Source of the DNA: Mobula hypostoma
Lineage: Eukaryota
Direction: 5' to 3'
Assembly (NCBI RefSeq): GCF_963921235.1
Contig: NC_086097.1
Coordinates: 203,672,001 to 203,736,000 of the forward strand
DNA: 64,000 bases
The notes below the pieces were generated by a model. The model saw only the letters and a list, made by a program, of their open reading frames with translations. It searched no databases and was not told the DNA's origin. The translations under genes and the position numbers were made by a program. Positions 1-13,379 of the stretch are shown piece by piece (the first letter of the stretch is position 1; each line of letters starts with the position of its first letter).

Positions 1-405
1 AATTTAGAAGAATGTAGGGAGATCTCATGAAACTTACCAAAGGTTGAAAGGACTAGATAGAGTGGATGTGGAGAGGATGTTTCTTGTGGTAGTGGTATCC
101 AAAACTAGAGGGCACAGCCTCAAAATTGAGGGGCGACCTTTTAGAATAGAGGTGAGGAGGAATTTTTTTAGCCAGAGAGTAGTGAATCTGTGGAATGTTC
201 TGCCACGGACTGTGGTGGAGGCCAAGTCCTTGGGTATATTTAAGGTGGAAGTTGATCGTTTCCTGATCAGTCAAAGGACATGGCGAGTAGGCAGGCATAT
301 GGGGTTGAGTGGGATCTGGGATCAGCCATGATAGAGTGGCCGAGTACACTCAATGAACTGAATGGCCTAATTCTGCTCCGATGTCTTCTGGCTTTATGGT
401 CTTAT
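1..405 (+). mobile_element. CR1 LINE 3' end (runs off window start)
   Basis: ORF 44..331 KGLDRVD..TRGHSLKI..RNFFSQRVVNLWN is the CR1 ORF2 C-terminus, followed by 3' UTR and a (CTTATGGT)-like tail. Confidence 0.9.
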
Positions 406-2371
406 AACTGACATTTTGAATTCAAACTAAACACCATTTTCATCCCTGCAAAGATGTTCGATAGTAACTATCTGAGTTTTCAACAGTTCAGATTTAATGA
501 TCTCCTTATGTTCCCTTCTTCTGAAAATATAATGTTTCATGCTGCAATTTCTATAATGAATAGGATGAAAATTAAATTTATGGTTCTTTTATATCATGGT
601 GTAAGCTATTTGTGACACTTTGAATTGCTTTTTTGACTGTTAAAGGAACATAGATGATAGAGCACTAAGCACATTTTATGAACCACGATAAATTACTTAG
701 TCAATAACTTTAAAACACTTGTTTCACTATTCTAGATATTACCTTTCCTGTGATATTTCCATACTTCCTTTACAGGAATTTGGTTCAACAATGCATAATT
801 AACATCTTAATTGGACTTTCCACTGAACATATCTGATGCATTTATTTCCAAAATATTTATGCCTACAAGTAGAGTACATAATTATATAAATGCTTCTTTC
901 CATCCACGTTTTGCTGCAACATTTTTACTGCTTTAATCTTAGAGAATTTTTTGGATTGCTTTCAGCACAATCTTTCAGCCTCTTTATCTTCTATAAACAG
1001 TGGCTTGGAAATTAAATTCCATTTCATAATGTCCCATGCAACGCAAGCTAACCTCTACTGTACTCTTCGTAATACCTGTAAGTGGTGCTTTAAGTGTCCT
1101 TCCTGCTTCATAAATCTGCCAATAAGGTTCAATTGAATACAAGACTTGAGATAGTAAGGTTAATTGCAGAGAACTTCCCTAACAACTTAACCAACGTACA
1201 GTACCTAGTACAACCATAAGCCCTTCTCTTACCTCTTTCATCTTGCTTTTTCCCTTTTTCACCCTTCATCTGTCACTCTGACTGAGGCATTAGTTACAAT
1301 ATTACAGTTGAGCTTAGTGCTGATCAAGAAGTAGAAAACAGCATTACCTTAGGTGGCAAATCAGTTCCATAGTTGTTACAGAGAATAGATTGTCATATCC
1401 TTTACATTAGACTCATGACTCTTGTAGTCTAAATTATCTGGACATTTGATAACTACATATTGCTTTAGAAGTGGAAGTTTCTAACATGATTCATCAGTGA
1501 AACTGTTATCAGGAGGAACCATCATTGAAAGCCAGGAAAGATATAAAAGCTCTGCTAAACAATGGACTAATATTCTCTCCTTGTCTCCAGTGCCATTTTT
1601 CCAATCCTGACTTTCAAAGGAATATTATTACTTTAACACTTTGCACATTTGGAATATATTTATTGTTTTGTCAAGCAAAGCATTACTAATACACTTAGAA
1701 TGTTGCTACAAATGGCAAATAGAGTATTTTTTATTATTACAATGAACTAAATATTACAAAGTAGTTAAGAAAAATGAACTTTAGCTTCGCTTAAACTATA
1801 GCCTTTGAACCTTTGATGCCACAGGGCTTTAGTATTTACATCACCCTCTACTGAACAAATTGAACTGGCTCCTGTGGTTTTTACCCTCAGGATCCTACAT
1901 TAAATACTTGCAGGGTAAGTAGATCATAACTAAATGGTGATTAAAATCTCTCCAGTTCTGATTTAAAATGAAACTAAGCCTCAATGCACAACTTCTTCAT
2001 AATACAGTAGGAAGAGAGTTCCTTATCCAATACTGATTGTGTTTCTAAGTTAAATTGTCTATGTATCACCATTTTTGGGTAAGACTGAACACAACTTCTG
2101 TATGGGTTTGTGGATTGAGCCATGTTTTGTAGGGTCTCTCCATTTAAGCGATTAAAAGGGAGTTTAATTCCATTGGACATGGATGGATCATTTCCAGTTT
2201 CCAGAGCTGAAAGGATTACAATTGTACATAAAATTTATGCCAGAGAAATAGATCACTTGGCCCCTGTTTGTTCTTATGTTCCATGGAAGTCTTCTCAGTC
2301 CCATTCTCTTCACCTGTCCTTGTTTTCAACATGTAATTCTCTGTATCACCCCAAATGATTTAGGTATTCTT

Positions 2372-2696
2372 CAATAGACAATAGACAATAAACAATAGAC
2401 AATAGGTGCAGAAGTAGACCATTCGGCCCTTCAAGCCTGCACCGCCATTCTGAGATCATGGCTGATCATCTACTATCAATACCTGGTTCCTGCCTTGTCC
2501 CCATAACCCTTGATTCCCCTATCTGTAAGATACCTATCTAGCTCCTTCTTGAAAGCATCCAGAGAACTGGCCTCCACTGCCTTCTGAGGCAGTGCGTTCC
2601 ACACCTCCACAACTCTCTGGGAGAAGAAGTTCCTCCTCAACTCTGTCCTAAATGACCTACCCCTTATTCTTAAACCATGCCCTCTGGTACTGGACT
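2372..2696 (-). mobile_element. CR1 LINE 3' fragment
   Basis: ORF 2476..2700 TRGHGLRIRG..RNFFSQRVVEVWNALP; (CAATAGA)n microsatellite tail at 2372-2405. Confidence 0.9.
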
Positions 2697-4217
2697 TCAT
2701 CTGGAAAGTAGTAGAGGTGACTATTTATGGTAATCATCCCAATAACTTTGTCAGTAAAGAGATTTACTTTCTTTCTATTGCATTGTATTCTTTGTGGCTA
2801 TATTTGAATTATGGACACTAATTTTGTTCACTCCAATGTAGAAGCATTTCTATTTTCACTTGTTCAAATAATTTTGTAGTCTTAAAGACAACCATTATGT
2901 TTTAAATCATCCACACCACAAGAGAGAAACTCTTTTTGTTCTTTTTCTATGTTGCATCCTACAAAATTGGATGAAATTCATACAACCAGAAGATTTCAGG
3001 TCTTTGAAATAGAATAAGTAAATGTCAGTGTGTGGTACCCTTTAAAAAACATTTTGCTTATGAATGTGACTTACAAAACAAAATCCTGCATGGGGCCAAA
3101 CCTGTGATGACTGTCAGAAATTCCACCCCCCCCCCCACAGTTTTATCCTTTAGAAAGTGCAGTGTTAGTGCGTGGTTTCTATATTATCCTTTTCACGAAC
3201 AAATCATAAAAGAACTTGCAACAGACGACGTCACCGTTCAACATCATTCTTGGATTTTTCTGACCCCTTCTCACATTTCATATAGAAACTGCATTCAGTG
3301 GTATTTGATGAGCAGGACTCTACAGGTCCGTTGTTCTGTCGACATGGAATTAATTGCAGGGACTATTGTAAAATGAAGTGTCAAATTGACACATTATGCC
3401 ATCAGGAAGGTCTAAAGTCTGTGCTGGCGTGACGGCAGTGTGGGGTTATTCCGAAATACATATCTTGCATAAGGGGTTAGTTGTACATTTTATTAGGCAA
3501 GCTTTGCCTAATATTTGGACATTTGTCCCTACCTCAGTAAGCCCATTGGCACATTGAAACAATTCTGTATAGTTGGGAGGACTCATGAAAACCCAATTGA
3601 TATGGGAATTCGGTAGTTTAAGGTTAGAAGAGAAAATATTGCAGTTGTGTGGGAGGTCTAAATGTGGGAAGAAGTATGTACGCCAGTTAATATTTATTAT
3701 GGTATCGGTCAAGAGCACTACTTTTCTATGGCTAGGTTTCAAATGCAATTCACCTTATCCAAGTGTATTGCAACATACAAATTATCATACTATTAACGGC
3801 ACTTCTTTTGGTATGACCATGATGTGGTATCAATGTGTGAAGAGGCCAGGTATTTATTTTGTGTCAAGTCTATCTCACAGTTTTTGCAAGGCTGGCATTC
3901 TGTGTGAACCTTGTGAACTTCTGAACCTGTATTATTAGTAGTGCAAAGACTGTTTACTTCCAAAACCACTCATCTCTGTCGCTGCCTCAGGCCTAGGTGC
4001 TGAAACTCTCAAGTGCACTTAATTAATCCACCGAGAATTAAAAGAACTGCAGTTGCTGGAAGTCCAAAATGAAAGCAGAAAATGCTGGCAGCACTCAGCA
4101 GGTCAAAGAACATCTGTGGAAAGAGAAGCAGAGCTGACACCAAACCAAGGGACAGATGGAAATCCTCTGAAGAGCCGAACAGAATTTTTTCAAGGTTGGC
4201 AGTGACTTCAATGGTAA

Positions 4218-4590
4218 ATAAGACCATAGGACATATGAACAGAATTAGGCCACTCAGCCCGTCGAGTCTGCTCTGCTATTCCATCATGGCTGATTTATTA
4301 TCCCCACTCTCCTGTCTTCTGCTCATAAACTTTGACACCCTAACTAATCAAGAAGCTATAAACTTCCACAACCATCTGTGGCAATGAATTCCACAGATTC
4401 ACTGCTCTCTGACTAAAGAAATTCCTCCTTATCTCTGCTATAAATGGACATCCCCCTATTCTGAGGCTGTGGCCTCTGTTTCTAGACTCCCCCACTATAA
4501 GAAAAACCCTCCACATCCACTGTATCTGGACCTTTCAATATCTGATATGTTTCAATGAGATCTCCCTCATTTTTCTGAACTCATTGAGTA
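4218..4590 (-). mobile_element. CR1 LINE 3' fragment, degraded
   Basis: AAGACCAT tail and similarity to the other CR1 3' ends (e.g. gaattccacagattcac). Confidence 0.8.
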
Positions 4591-5392
4591 ATAAATCTAA
4601 ATAAAACTAAGCATTATTTAAAACTCTCCTTAAGATTCAACAAAACTGCGATATTCCAGCAGGTATAGGACTTCAGTGATACTGATTCTCTGAACAATTT
4701 GGTGTTATGGAAGAGAGAGAAGGAGGGAGAGAGCAAGAAGGTAAGTGTACTGTTGTAGCATTTGGTAGGAAATGAACACTAATGCCAGCTCTAGTACTAA
4801 CAGGAGTTAATAGCAGCCTATATGGTTATATGCTTGAGTTGTTCACATCCTACATGGAGAAGGTGAAGATGCATTTCATGGCAGTTCATATTCTTGAGCT
4901 GGAAGATAATGCAGGTAACATATGGAAACCAAATGAAATTTACTCACAGAATCTTAACTAATGCCCTGGTTCAGATTTCTACTGCTATGTTGTGAAGTAT
5001 TTTATTTTAGCAGTTTTCTGTAAAAGCACTGTGTCCTGTTATTAAGACTGTTTGGCTTTGGCAAAAAATAAAGAGCCATGTTGTCAAAATTAAGAACGTT
5101 ATGTCAGCCAGTCAGGAGAGGGATGGCATGGAACATTCTCGAGAGCTGGGTGGGAAGAGCATTCTGAAGGAGAATTGTCTGATTTGGTGTCTGTAACGGG
5201 AGGTGAGGAAAGAGGAGCACCAGAGAAGACGCGTGGAGGATCCCATCCAAAGGGGTGATCTTTGTGAGGCAGAGAATTCCAAGAAGGGAAGTTCTACCTG
5301 TGGTTGGTAATGAGAATTCAGCACTGTGAGTAAAGCGATATATCCAGCCATTACAGAAATAAGCTCCAACGATTATGTGCACAGTTAGACTG

Positions 5393-6935
5393 AAACATAG
5401 AAAAACATAGAAAACCTACAGCACAATTTCGGCCCTTGTGCTTAATTTAGAAATTACCTAGGGTTACCCATGTACCTATCCAGGAGTCTCTTAAAAGACC
5501 TCTTCGTATCCACCTTCACCACCGTTGCCAGCAGCCCAATCCAGGCACTCACCACTCTGCATAAAAAAACTTACCGCTGACATTTCCTTTGTACCTACTT
5601 CCAAGCACCTTAAAACTGTGCCCTCTCGTGCTAGCCATTTCAGCCCTGGGAAAAAGCCTCTGACTATCCACATGATCAATGCCTCTCATCATCTTATACA
5701 CCTCTATCAGGTCACCTCTCATCCTCCATCACTACGAGGAGAAAAGGTCGAGTTCACTCAATCTATTCTCATAAGGCATGCTCCCCAATCCAGGACACAC
5801 CCTTGTAAATCTCCTCTGCACCCTTTCTATAGTTTCCACATCCTTCCTGTAGTGAGGTGACCAGAACTGAGCACAGTACTCCAAGTGGGGTCTGACCAGG
5901 GTCCTATATTACCTCTCGGCTCTTAAACTCAATCCCATGGTTGATGAAGGCCAATGCAGTGTATGCCTTTTTAACCACAGAGTCAAACTGCGCAGCAGGT
6001 TTGAGTGTCCTATGGACTCGGATCCCAAGATCCCTCTGATCCTCCACACTGCCAAGAGTCTTACCATTAATATTATATTCTGCCATCATATTTGACTTAA
6101 CAAAATAAACCACCTCACACTTATTTGGGTTGAACTCCATCTGCCACTTCTCAGCCCAGTTTTGCATCCTAACGATATCCTGCTGTAACCACTGATAGCC
6201 CCCCACAATATCCACAACACCTCCAACCTTAATGTCATCAACAAATTTACTAACCCATCCCTCCACTTCCTCATCCAGGTCATTTCCCGAAGAGAAGAGG
6301 TCCCAGAACAGATCTCCATCCAGAATATGACCCGCCTACAACCACTCTTTGCCTTCTGTGAGCAATCCAATTCTGGATCCACAATACAAGGTCCCCTTTG
6401 ATCCCATGCCTCCTTACTTTCTCAATAAGACTTGCATGGGGTACTTTATCAAACGGCTTGCTGAAATCCATATACAATACATCTACTACTCTACCTTTAT
6501 CAATGTGTTTAGTCACATCCTCAAAAAATTCAATCAGGCTCATGAGGCATGACCTGCCTTTGACAAAGCCATGCTGAATATTCCTAATCATATTATCCCT
6601 CGCCAAATGTTCATAACTCCTGCCTCTAAGGATCTTCTCCATCAAATTACCAACCACTGAAGTAAGACTTACCGACCTATTCCTGGTCTATCTCTACTCC
6701 CTTTCTTGAATAAGGGAACAACATCTGCAATCCTCCAATCCGCTGGAACTTCTCCCGTACCCACTGATGATGCAAAGAGTGTTGCCAGAGGCTCAGCAAT
6801 CTCCTCCCTCACCTCCCACAGTAGCCTGGGGTGCATCTCATCTGGTCCTGGAGACTTATCCAACTTGATGCTTTCCAAAAGCTCCAGCACATCCTCTTTC
6901 TTAATATCTATATGCTCAAGCTTTTCAGTCCACTC
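5393..6935 (-). mobile_element. 5'-truncated CR1 LINE, RT region with frameshifts and deletions
   Basis: ORF pieces DKSPGPD..HPRLL (6669..6950), QHGFVKGRSCL..MDFSKPFDKVPH (6280..6657), SKFVDDIKVGG..WQMEFN (5904..6266); CATAGAAA tail. Confidence 0.93.
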
Positions 6936-7556
6936 TATTCCTATACTCACTGTCGCATGCTTTAACTCTAATGGGCATTTCTTTTCTTGCTCTGCTCATT
7001 GTTTGATGAAGTTGAAAATAGGTAAATATACTTTCTTTATAATTCAATACTGGTGTACGACTCATTTCTGGGCTACCAATAACTGTGTATGGGCAGTATT
7101 TACACAGCATTCACTCAAATCAAGGAATCTTTAAACGGAGCATCACAACATTCCTATTTGGTTGAACCCCAAATCATACCGACCCTGGATGTGTATTGCC
7201 TATGAAAGGTGGCCATCTCACTGCTGAGTTACATGCCAGTTAACAGAGTAGCTGATGCCCCAAGTTGGTGTATGAATCCAGTGAGAGGGCTGCACTTACG
7301 CTGAAGCATATTCCTTGATAAAATCTAAAGATAGGAAACAAAATGCTGGAAGAATTCAGGGTGTCAACCTGCACCGGCGGAAGCTAAACATATAAGTTGC
7401 CACTTTGGGTCGAGATTTTGCACATTGTTATTACATTCCATCCCTGCCTCTATCACTCACCCACACACTACGAGCAATTGGATTGGATTGAGCAATTGAT
7501 TGCGGACTTCAGGAAAGGTAAATCAGAGGAGGAGGTGTTGCTGTCTTCATCAACCC

Positions 7557-8165
7557 TGGGATTGAGTTTCAGAGCTGAGAGGTAATGTTTCAGCTAGGTA
7601 AGACCCTGGTCAGACCCCACTTGGAGTACTGTGCTCATTTCTGGTCACCTCACTACAGGAAGGATGTGGAAACTATAGAAAAGGTGCAGAGGAGATTTTA
7701 CAAGGATGTTGCTTGGATAGGGGAGCATGCCTTACAAGAATAGGTTGAGTGAACTTGATCTTTTCTCCTTGGAGTGATGGAGGATGAGAGGTGACCTGAC
7801 AGAGGTGTAGAAGATAATGAGAGGCATTGATTGCGTGGATAGTCAGAGGCTTTTTCCCAGGGCTGAAATGGCTATCATGAGAGGGCACAATTTTAAGGTG
7901 CTTGGAAGTAGGTACAGAGGAGATGTCGAGGCAAGTTTTTTATATGCACAGTGGTGAGTGTGTGGAATGGGCTGCTGGTGATGGTGGTGGAGGCAGATAT
8001 GATAGGATCTTTTAAGAGACTCCTGGATAGGTACATAGAGCTTAGAAAAATAGAGGGCTATGGGTAACCCTAGGCAATTTCTAAAGTAAGTATATGTTTG
8101 GAGCAGCATTGTGGGCTGAAGGGCCTGTATTGTGCTGTAGGTTTTCTATGCTTCTCTGTTTCTAT
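7557..8165 (+). mobile_element. CR1 LINE 3' fragment, same family as 5393-6935
   Basis: Encodes LVRPHLEYC..; reverse-complement similar to 5393-5940; TTTCTATG tail. Confidence 0.9.
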
Positions 8166-8184
8166 ATTTCTTCCCCACCTGGCA

Positions 8185-8450
8185 TGAAAAAGGAAACTTG
8201 CAAACCCTGCAAATCCCCCACCTCCTCCCCCACAGAAAAAAGTGACAATAGCATCAAACCCACCACCCCTCTCTACAGAAAAAAACAGCAACAAGAACTG
8301 CCCCAACCCCCACAGCCGCTGATAAAAACTGCGACAATAGCATCAAATCCCCCACTTCTCCCCCGCAGTGACAATAACAATCCACTCACCCACTCACTCG
8401 CAAAAAAGTACACAACAGTAGCATCAAACCCCCAGACCCCCAACTTCCAA
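8185..8450. repeat. Degenerate A/C-rich tandem repeat
   Basis: Recurrent unit aaaa..(g)acaatagcatcaaacccc at about 8236, 8324 and 8402. Confidence 0.55.
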
Positions 8451-8479
8451 CATCTCTTACTGTACCATTTAAATGGCTG

Positions 8480-11400
8480 AGGTGTGATCTTCGTGCCAGA
8501 TGTTGGAGAACTGGGAGACCCAGAGTCTCTGGGGGAACTACATCTGCATGAAGTGCATCCAGCTACAGCTCCTTGAAGATCGTGTTAGGGATCTGGAGCA
8601 GCAACTGGATGACCTGCAGCTTGTATGGGAGAGGGAGGATATAATTGATTAAAATTACGGGGAGTAGTCACCTGGAAGTTGCAGGAGGCGAGTAGCTGGG
8701 TGACCGTCAGGAGAAATGGAAATAGGCAGTTAAAGCAGAGCACCTTTGTGGCCATTCCCCTCAAAAACAAGTATACCGCTTTGAATACTTCTGTGGGGGA
8801 TGACCTCCTGGGGAATGCCATGGCAACCGGGTTACAGGCACTGAGTATGAGTCCGTGGTGCAGAAGGGAAAGAGAGAGAAGAAGGAAGTGGTGGTGATAG
8901 AGGACTCAACAGTTAGCATAACAGAAAGGAGATTCTGTGGACGTCAACGGGACACCCGGATGGTATGTTGCCTCCCAGGTACCAGGGTCAGGGATGTCAC
9001 AGATCGCATTCACAACATTTTGGAGAGGGAGAGGGAGCAGCCAGATGTCTTGGTACATATTGGTACCAATGACATAGGAAGGAAAAGTAATGAAGTCCTG
9101 AAAAGAGAATTTAGAGATCTAGGTAGCAAGCTGAGAAGCAGGACCTCCAGGGCAGTAATTTCTGGATTGCTGCCTGTGCCATGCACCAGTGAGGGTAGAA
9201 ACAGGATGATTTGGCAAATAAACGTGTGGCTGAGAATCTGGTGCAGGGGGCAGGGCTTCAGGCTCTTGGATCATTGGGATCTCTTCTGGGGGAGGTATGA
9301 CCTGTTCAAAAGTGACAGGTTGCACCTGAACCCGAGGGGGACCAATATTCTCGCGGGCAGGTTTGTTAGAGCTGTTGATGAGTTTAAACTAACTTGGCAG
9401 GGGGGTGGGAACCGAAGTGAAGGGACTCAGGAAAGGACGGATGGTGAAAAAGTAAATATAGCGGGCAATCAGATCATCAGGAAAAGCAGGCAGGTGATGG
9501 GACTTAGTTGCAGCCAACAGACTGAGTATCAAATCACTAGGGATGCAGAATCAGAAAGGATAGCAAATACTGTACTCAAGGTGTTTTATCTAAATGTGCG
9601 TAGTGTAAGAAATAAGGTGGATGATCTTGTTGCAATGTTACAGATTGCCAGGTATGATGTTGTGGCCGTCACTGAATCGTGGCTGAAGGATGATTGTAGG
9701 TGGGAGTTGAATGTCCAAGGTTACACATTATATCAGAGTGATAGGAAAGTAGTTAGAGGGAGTGGTGTTGGCTCTACTGGTAAAGAATGGCATCAAATCA
9801 GTAGAAAGATGTGACATAGGATCAGAAGATGTTGAATCCTTGTGGGTTGAATTAAGAAACTGCAAGGGTAAAAGGACATTGATGGGAGTTATATACAGGC
9901 CTCCCAACAGTGGCTGGGAGGTGGACCACAGGTTACAACAGGAAATAGAAAAGACGAGTCAAAAGGGCAATGACATGGTAGCCATGGGAGATTTTAACAT
10001 GCAGGTCGATTGGGAAAATCAGGTTGGTGATAGATCACAAGAGAATGAGTTTGTTGAATGCCTTAGAGATAGCTTTTTAGAGCAGTTTGTTGCTGAGCCT
10101 CTGAGGGTATCAGCTGTATTGGATTGGGTGTTATGTAATGAACCAGAGGCAATTAGGGAGCTTAAGGTGAATGAACCCTTTGGAACCAGTGATCACAATA
10201 TGATTGTGTTCAACTTGAAATTTGATAGGGCGAAAGTAAAGTCTGATGTAGCAGTATTTCAGTGGAGTGACATAAATTACAGTGGTATGAGAGACGAGAT
10301 GGCCAAAGTAAATTGGAAGGAGCTGCTGCAGGGATGTCAGCAGAGCAGTAATAGCGTGTGTTTCTGGGAAAAATGAGGAAGGTGCAGGACATGTGTATTC
10401 CAAAAATGATGAAATACTCAAATGGTAAAATAGTTCAACAGTGGCTGACAAGGAAAGTCAAAGCTATTGTAAAAACAAAAGGAAGGGCACACAACAAAGC
10501 AAAAATTCGTGGGAAGTTAGAGGATTGGGAAGTTTTTAAAAACCTATAGAGAACAACTGAAAAAACATTAGAAGGGAAAAGATTAAATATGAAAGCAAGC
10601 TAGCAAGTAATATCAAAGCAGATAGTAAAAGTTTTTTCAAGTATGATAAAAATAAAAGAGAAATGAGAGTGGATATAGGACAGCTAGAAAATGAGGCAGG
10701 AGAAGTAATAACTGGGGACAAGGAGACAGCTGATGAAATAAATGAGTATTTTGTGTCAGTCTTCACTGTGGAAGATACTAACAGTATGCCTGATGTTGTG
10801 GTGTGCGAAGGAAGAGAAGTGGGTGCAGTTACTGTTACAAGAGAGAAGGTGCTCAAAAAGCTGAAAGACCTAAGGGTACATAAGTCACTTGGACAGATGA
10901 ACTGTGCCCTAGGGTTCTGAAAGAGGTAGTTTTAGAGATTGTGGCAGCATTAGCAATGATCTTTCAAAAATCATTGGACTCTGGCATGGTGCCGGAAATA
11001 GTAGGGGACAGAGGGTCCAGTGAGATGGAGCAACTGAGCGAAATACATGTTAGTAGGGAAGTGGTGTTAGGTAAATTGAAGGAATTAAAGGCAGATAAAT
11101 CCCCAGGGCCAGATGGTCTGCATCCCAGAGTGGTGAGGAAGTAGCCCAAGAAATAGTGGATGCATTAGTGATAATTTTTCAAAACTCTTTAGATTCTGGA
11201 CTAGTTCCTGAGGATTGGAGGGTGGCTAATGTAACCCCACTTTTTCAAAAAAGGAGGGAGAGAGAAACTGGGGAATTATAGACCGGTTAGCCTAACATCG
11301 GTGGTGGGAAAAATGCTAGAGTTAGTTATCAAAGCTGTGAGAACAGCACATTTGAAAAGTGGTGAAATCATCAGACAAAGTCAGCATGGATTTGTGAGAG

Positions 11401-13378
11401 GAAAATCATGTCTGACGAATCTCATAGAATTTTTTGAGGATGTAACTAGTAGAGTGGATAGGGGAGAACCAGTGGATGTGGTATATTTGGATTTTCAAAA
11501 GGCTTTTGACAAGGTCCCACACAGGAGATTAGTGTGCAAACTTAAAGCACACGGTATTGGGGGTAAGGTATTGATGTGGATAGAGAATTGGTTAGCAGAC
11601 AGGAAGCAAAGAGTGGGAATAAACAGGACCTTTTCAGAATGGCAGGCAGTGACCAGTGGGGTACCACAAGGCTCAGTGCTGGGACCAGAGTTGTTTACAA
11701 TATATATTAATGACTCGGATGAGGGAATTAAATGCAGCATCTCCAAGTTTGCGGATGACACGAAGCTGGGTGGCAGTGTTAGCTGTGAGGAGGATGCTAA
11801 GATGATGCAGGGTGACTTGGATAGGTTAGGTGAGTGGGCAAATTCATGGCAGATGCAATTTAATGTGGATAAATGTGAAGTTATCCACTTTGGTAGCAAA
11901 AACAGGAAAACAGATTATTATCTGAATGTTGGCCGATTAGGAAAAGGGGAGGTGCAGCGAGACCTGGGTGTCATTATACACCAGTCATTGAAAGTGGGCA
12001 TGCAGGTACAGCAGGCGGTGAAAAAGGCGAATGGTATGCTGGCATTTATAGTGAGAGGATTCGAGTACAGAAGCAGGGAGGTACTACTGCAGTTGTACAA
12101 GGCCTTGGTGAGACCACACCTGGAGTATTGTGTGCAGTTTTGGTCACCTAATCTGAAGAAAGACATCCTTGCCATAGAGGGAGTACAAAGAAGGTTCACC
12201 AGATTGATTCCTGGGATGGCAGGACTTTCATATGATCAAAGACTGGATCAACTAGGCTTATACTCGTTGGAATTTAGAAGATTGAGGGGGGATCTGATTG
12301 AAACGTATAAAATCCTAAAGGGATTGGACAGGCTAGATGCAGGAAGATTGTTCCCGATGTTGGGGAAGTCCAGAACGAGGGGTCACAGTTTGAGGATAAA
12401 GGGGAAGCCTTTTAGGACTGAGAATAGGAAAAGCTTCTTCGCACAGAGAGTGGTGAATCTGTGGAATTCTCTGCCACAGGAACCAGTTGAGGCCAGTTCA
12501 TTGGCTATATTTAAGAGGGAGTTAGATATGGCCCTTGTGGCTAAAGGGATTGGGTGTATGGAGGGAAGGCTGGTACAGGGTTCTGAGTTGGATGATCAGC
12601 CATGATCATACTGAAAGGCGGTTCAGGCTCGAAGGGCCGAATGGCCTACTCCTGCACCTATTTTCTATGTTTCTATGTGTCTATGACTGGAAAATTGCAA
12701 ATGTCACTCCACACTTTAAGAAAGGAGGAAGGCAGCAGAAAAGAAATTATAGACCAGTTAGCCTGACCTCAGTGGTTGGGAAGTTGTTAGAGTCAATTGT
12801 TAAGGATGAGGTGATGGAGTGCATGGTGACACAGGACAAAATAGGACAAAGTCAGCATGGTTTCCTTCAGCGAAAGCCCTGCCTGACGAACCTGTTGGAA
12901 CTCTTTGAAGAGATTACAAGCAGGATAGATAAAGGGGATGTAGTGGATGTTGTATATTTGGACTTTCAGAAGGCCTTTAATAAAGTGCCACATATGAGGC
13001 TGCTTACCAAGTTAAGAGACCATGGTATTACAGGAAAGTTACTAAGATGGTTAGAGCATTGGCTGATTGGAAGAGGGCAGTGAGTAGGAATAAAAGGATC
13101 CTTGTCTAGTTGGCTGCCAGTGAATAGTGGTGTTCCGCAGGGGTTGGTGTTCGGACCACTTCTTTTTATGCTGTATATAAATTATATAAATGTTGAAATT
13201 GATGGTTTTGTTGCCAAGTTTTCAGATGATACAAAGATTGGTAGAGGGGCAGGTAGTGTTGAGGAAACAGGTAGGATGCAGAAGAATTTAGAAAGATCAG
13301 GAGAATGGGCAAGAAAATGGAAAATAAAGTACAATGTTGGAAAGTGTATGGTCTTGCACTTTGGTAGCAGAAATAAAT
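8480..13378 (+). mobile_element. Long decayed CR1 LINE (ORF1 Cys-rich/coiled-coil/SGNH esterase plus ORF2 APE endonuclease-RT), interrupted at 10992-12685, 3' end lost
   Basis: ORF 8855..9814 VHIGTND, DRLHLN (SGNH) then YLNVRS, VTESWL (APE); YRPPN, MGDFN, SDHNM in 9762..10376; RT motifs in 12535..13497; host sequence resumes at DWKIANVTP after the insert. Confidence 0.93.
10992..12685 (+). mobile_element. Young CR1 family copy (5'-truncated) nested in an older CR1
   Basis: ORF 11301..12605 (434 aa; YLDFQKAFDKVPH, GVPQGSVLGP, KFADDTK); (TTTCTATG) tail; near-identical to the copies at 30298, 40273 and 58697. Confidence 0.95.
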
Positions 13379-13379
13379 A

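Noticed and set aside
3032..3938. Cluster of 100-120 aa ORFs in unique sequence
   Set aside because: Overlapping on both strands with no protein-like composition or convincing splice pairs
4988..7290. Possible solo LTR split by the CR1 at 5393-6935
   Set aside because: Could not define TG..CA ends with a matching TSD
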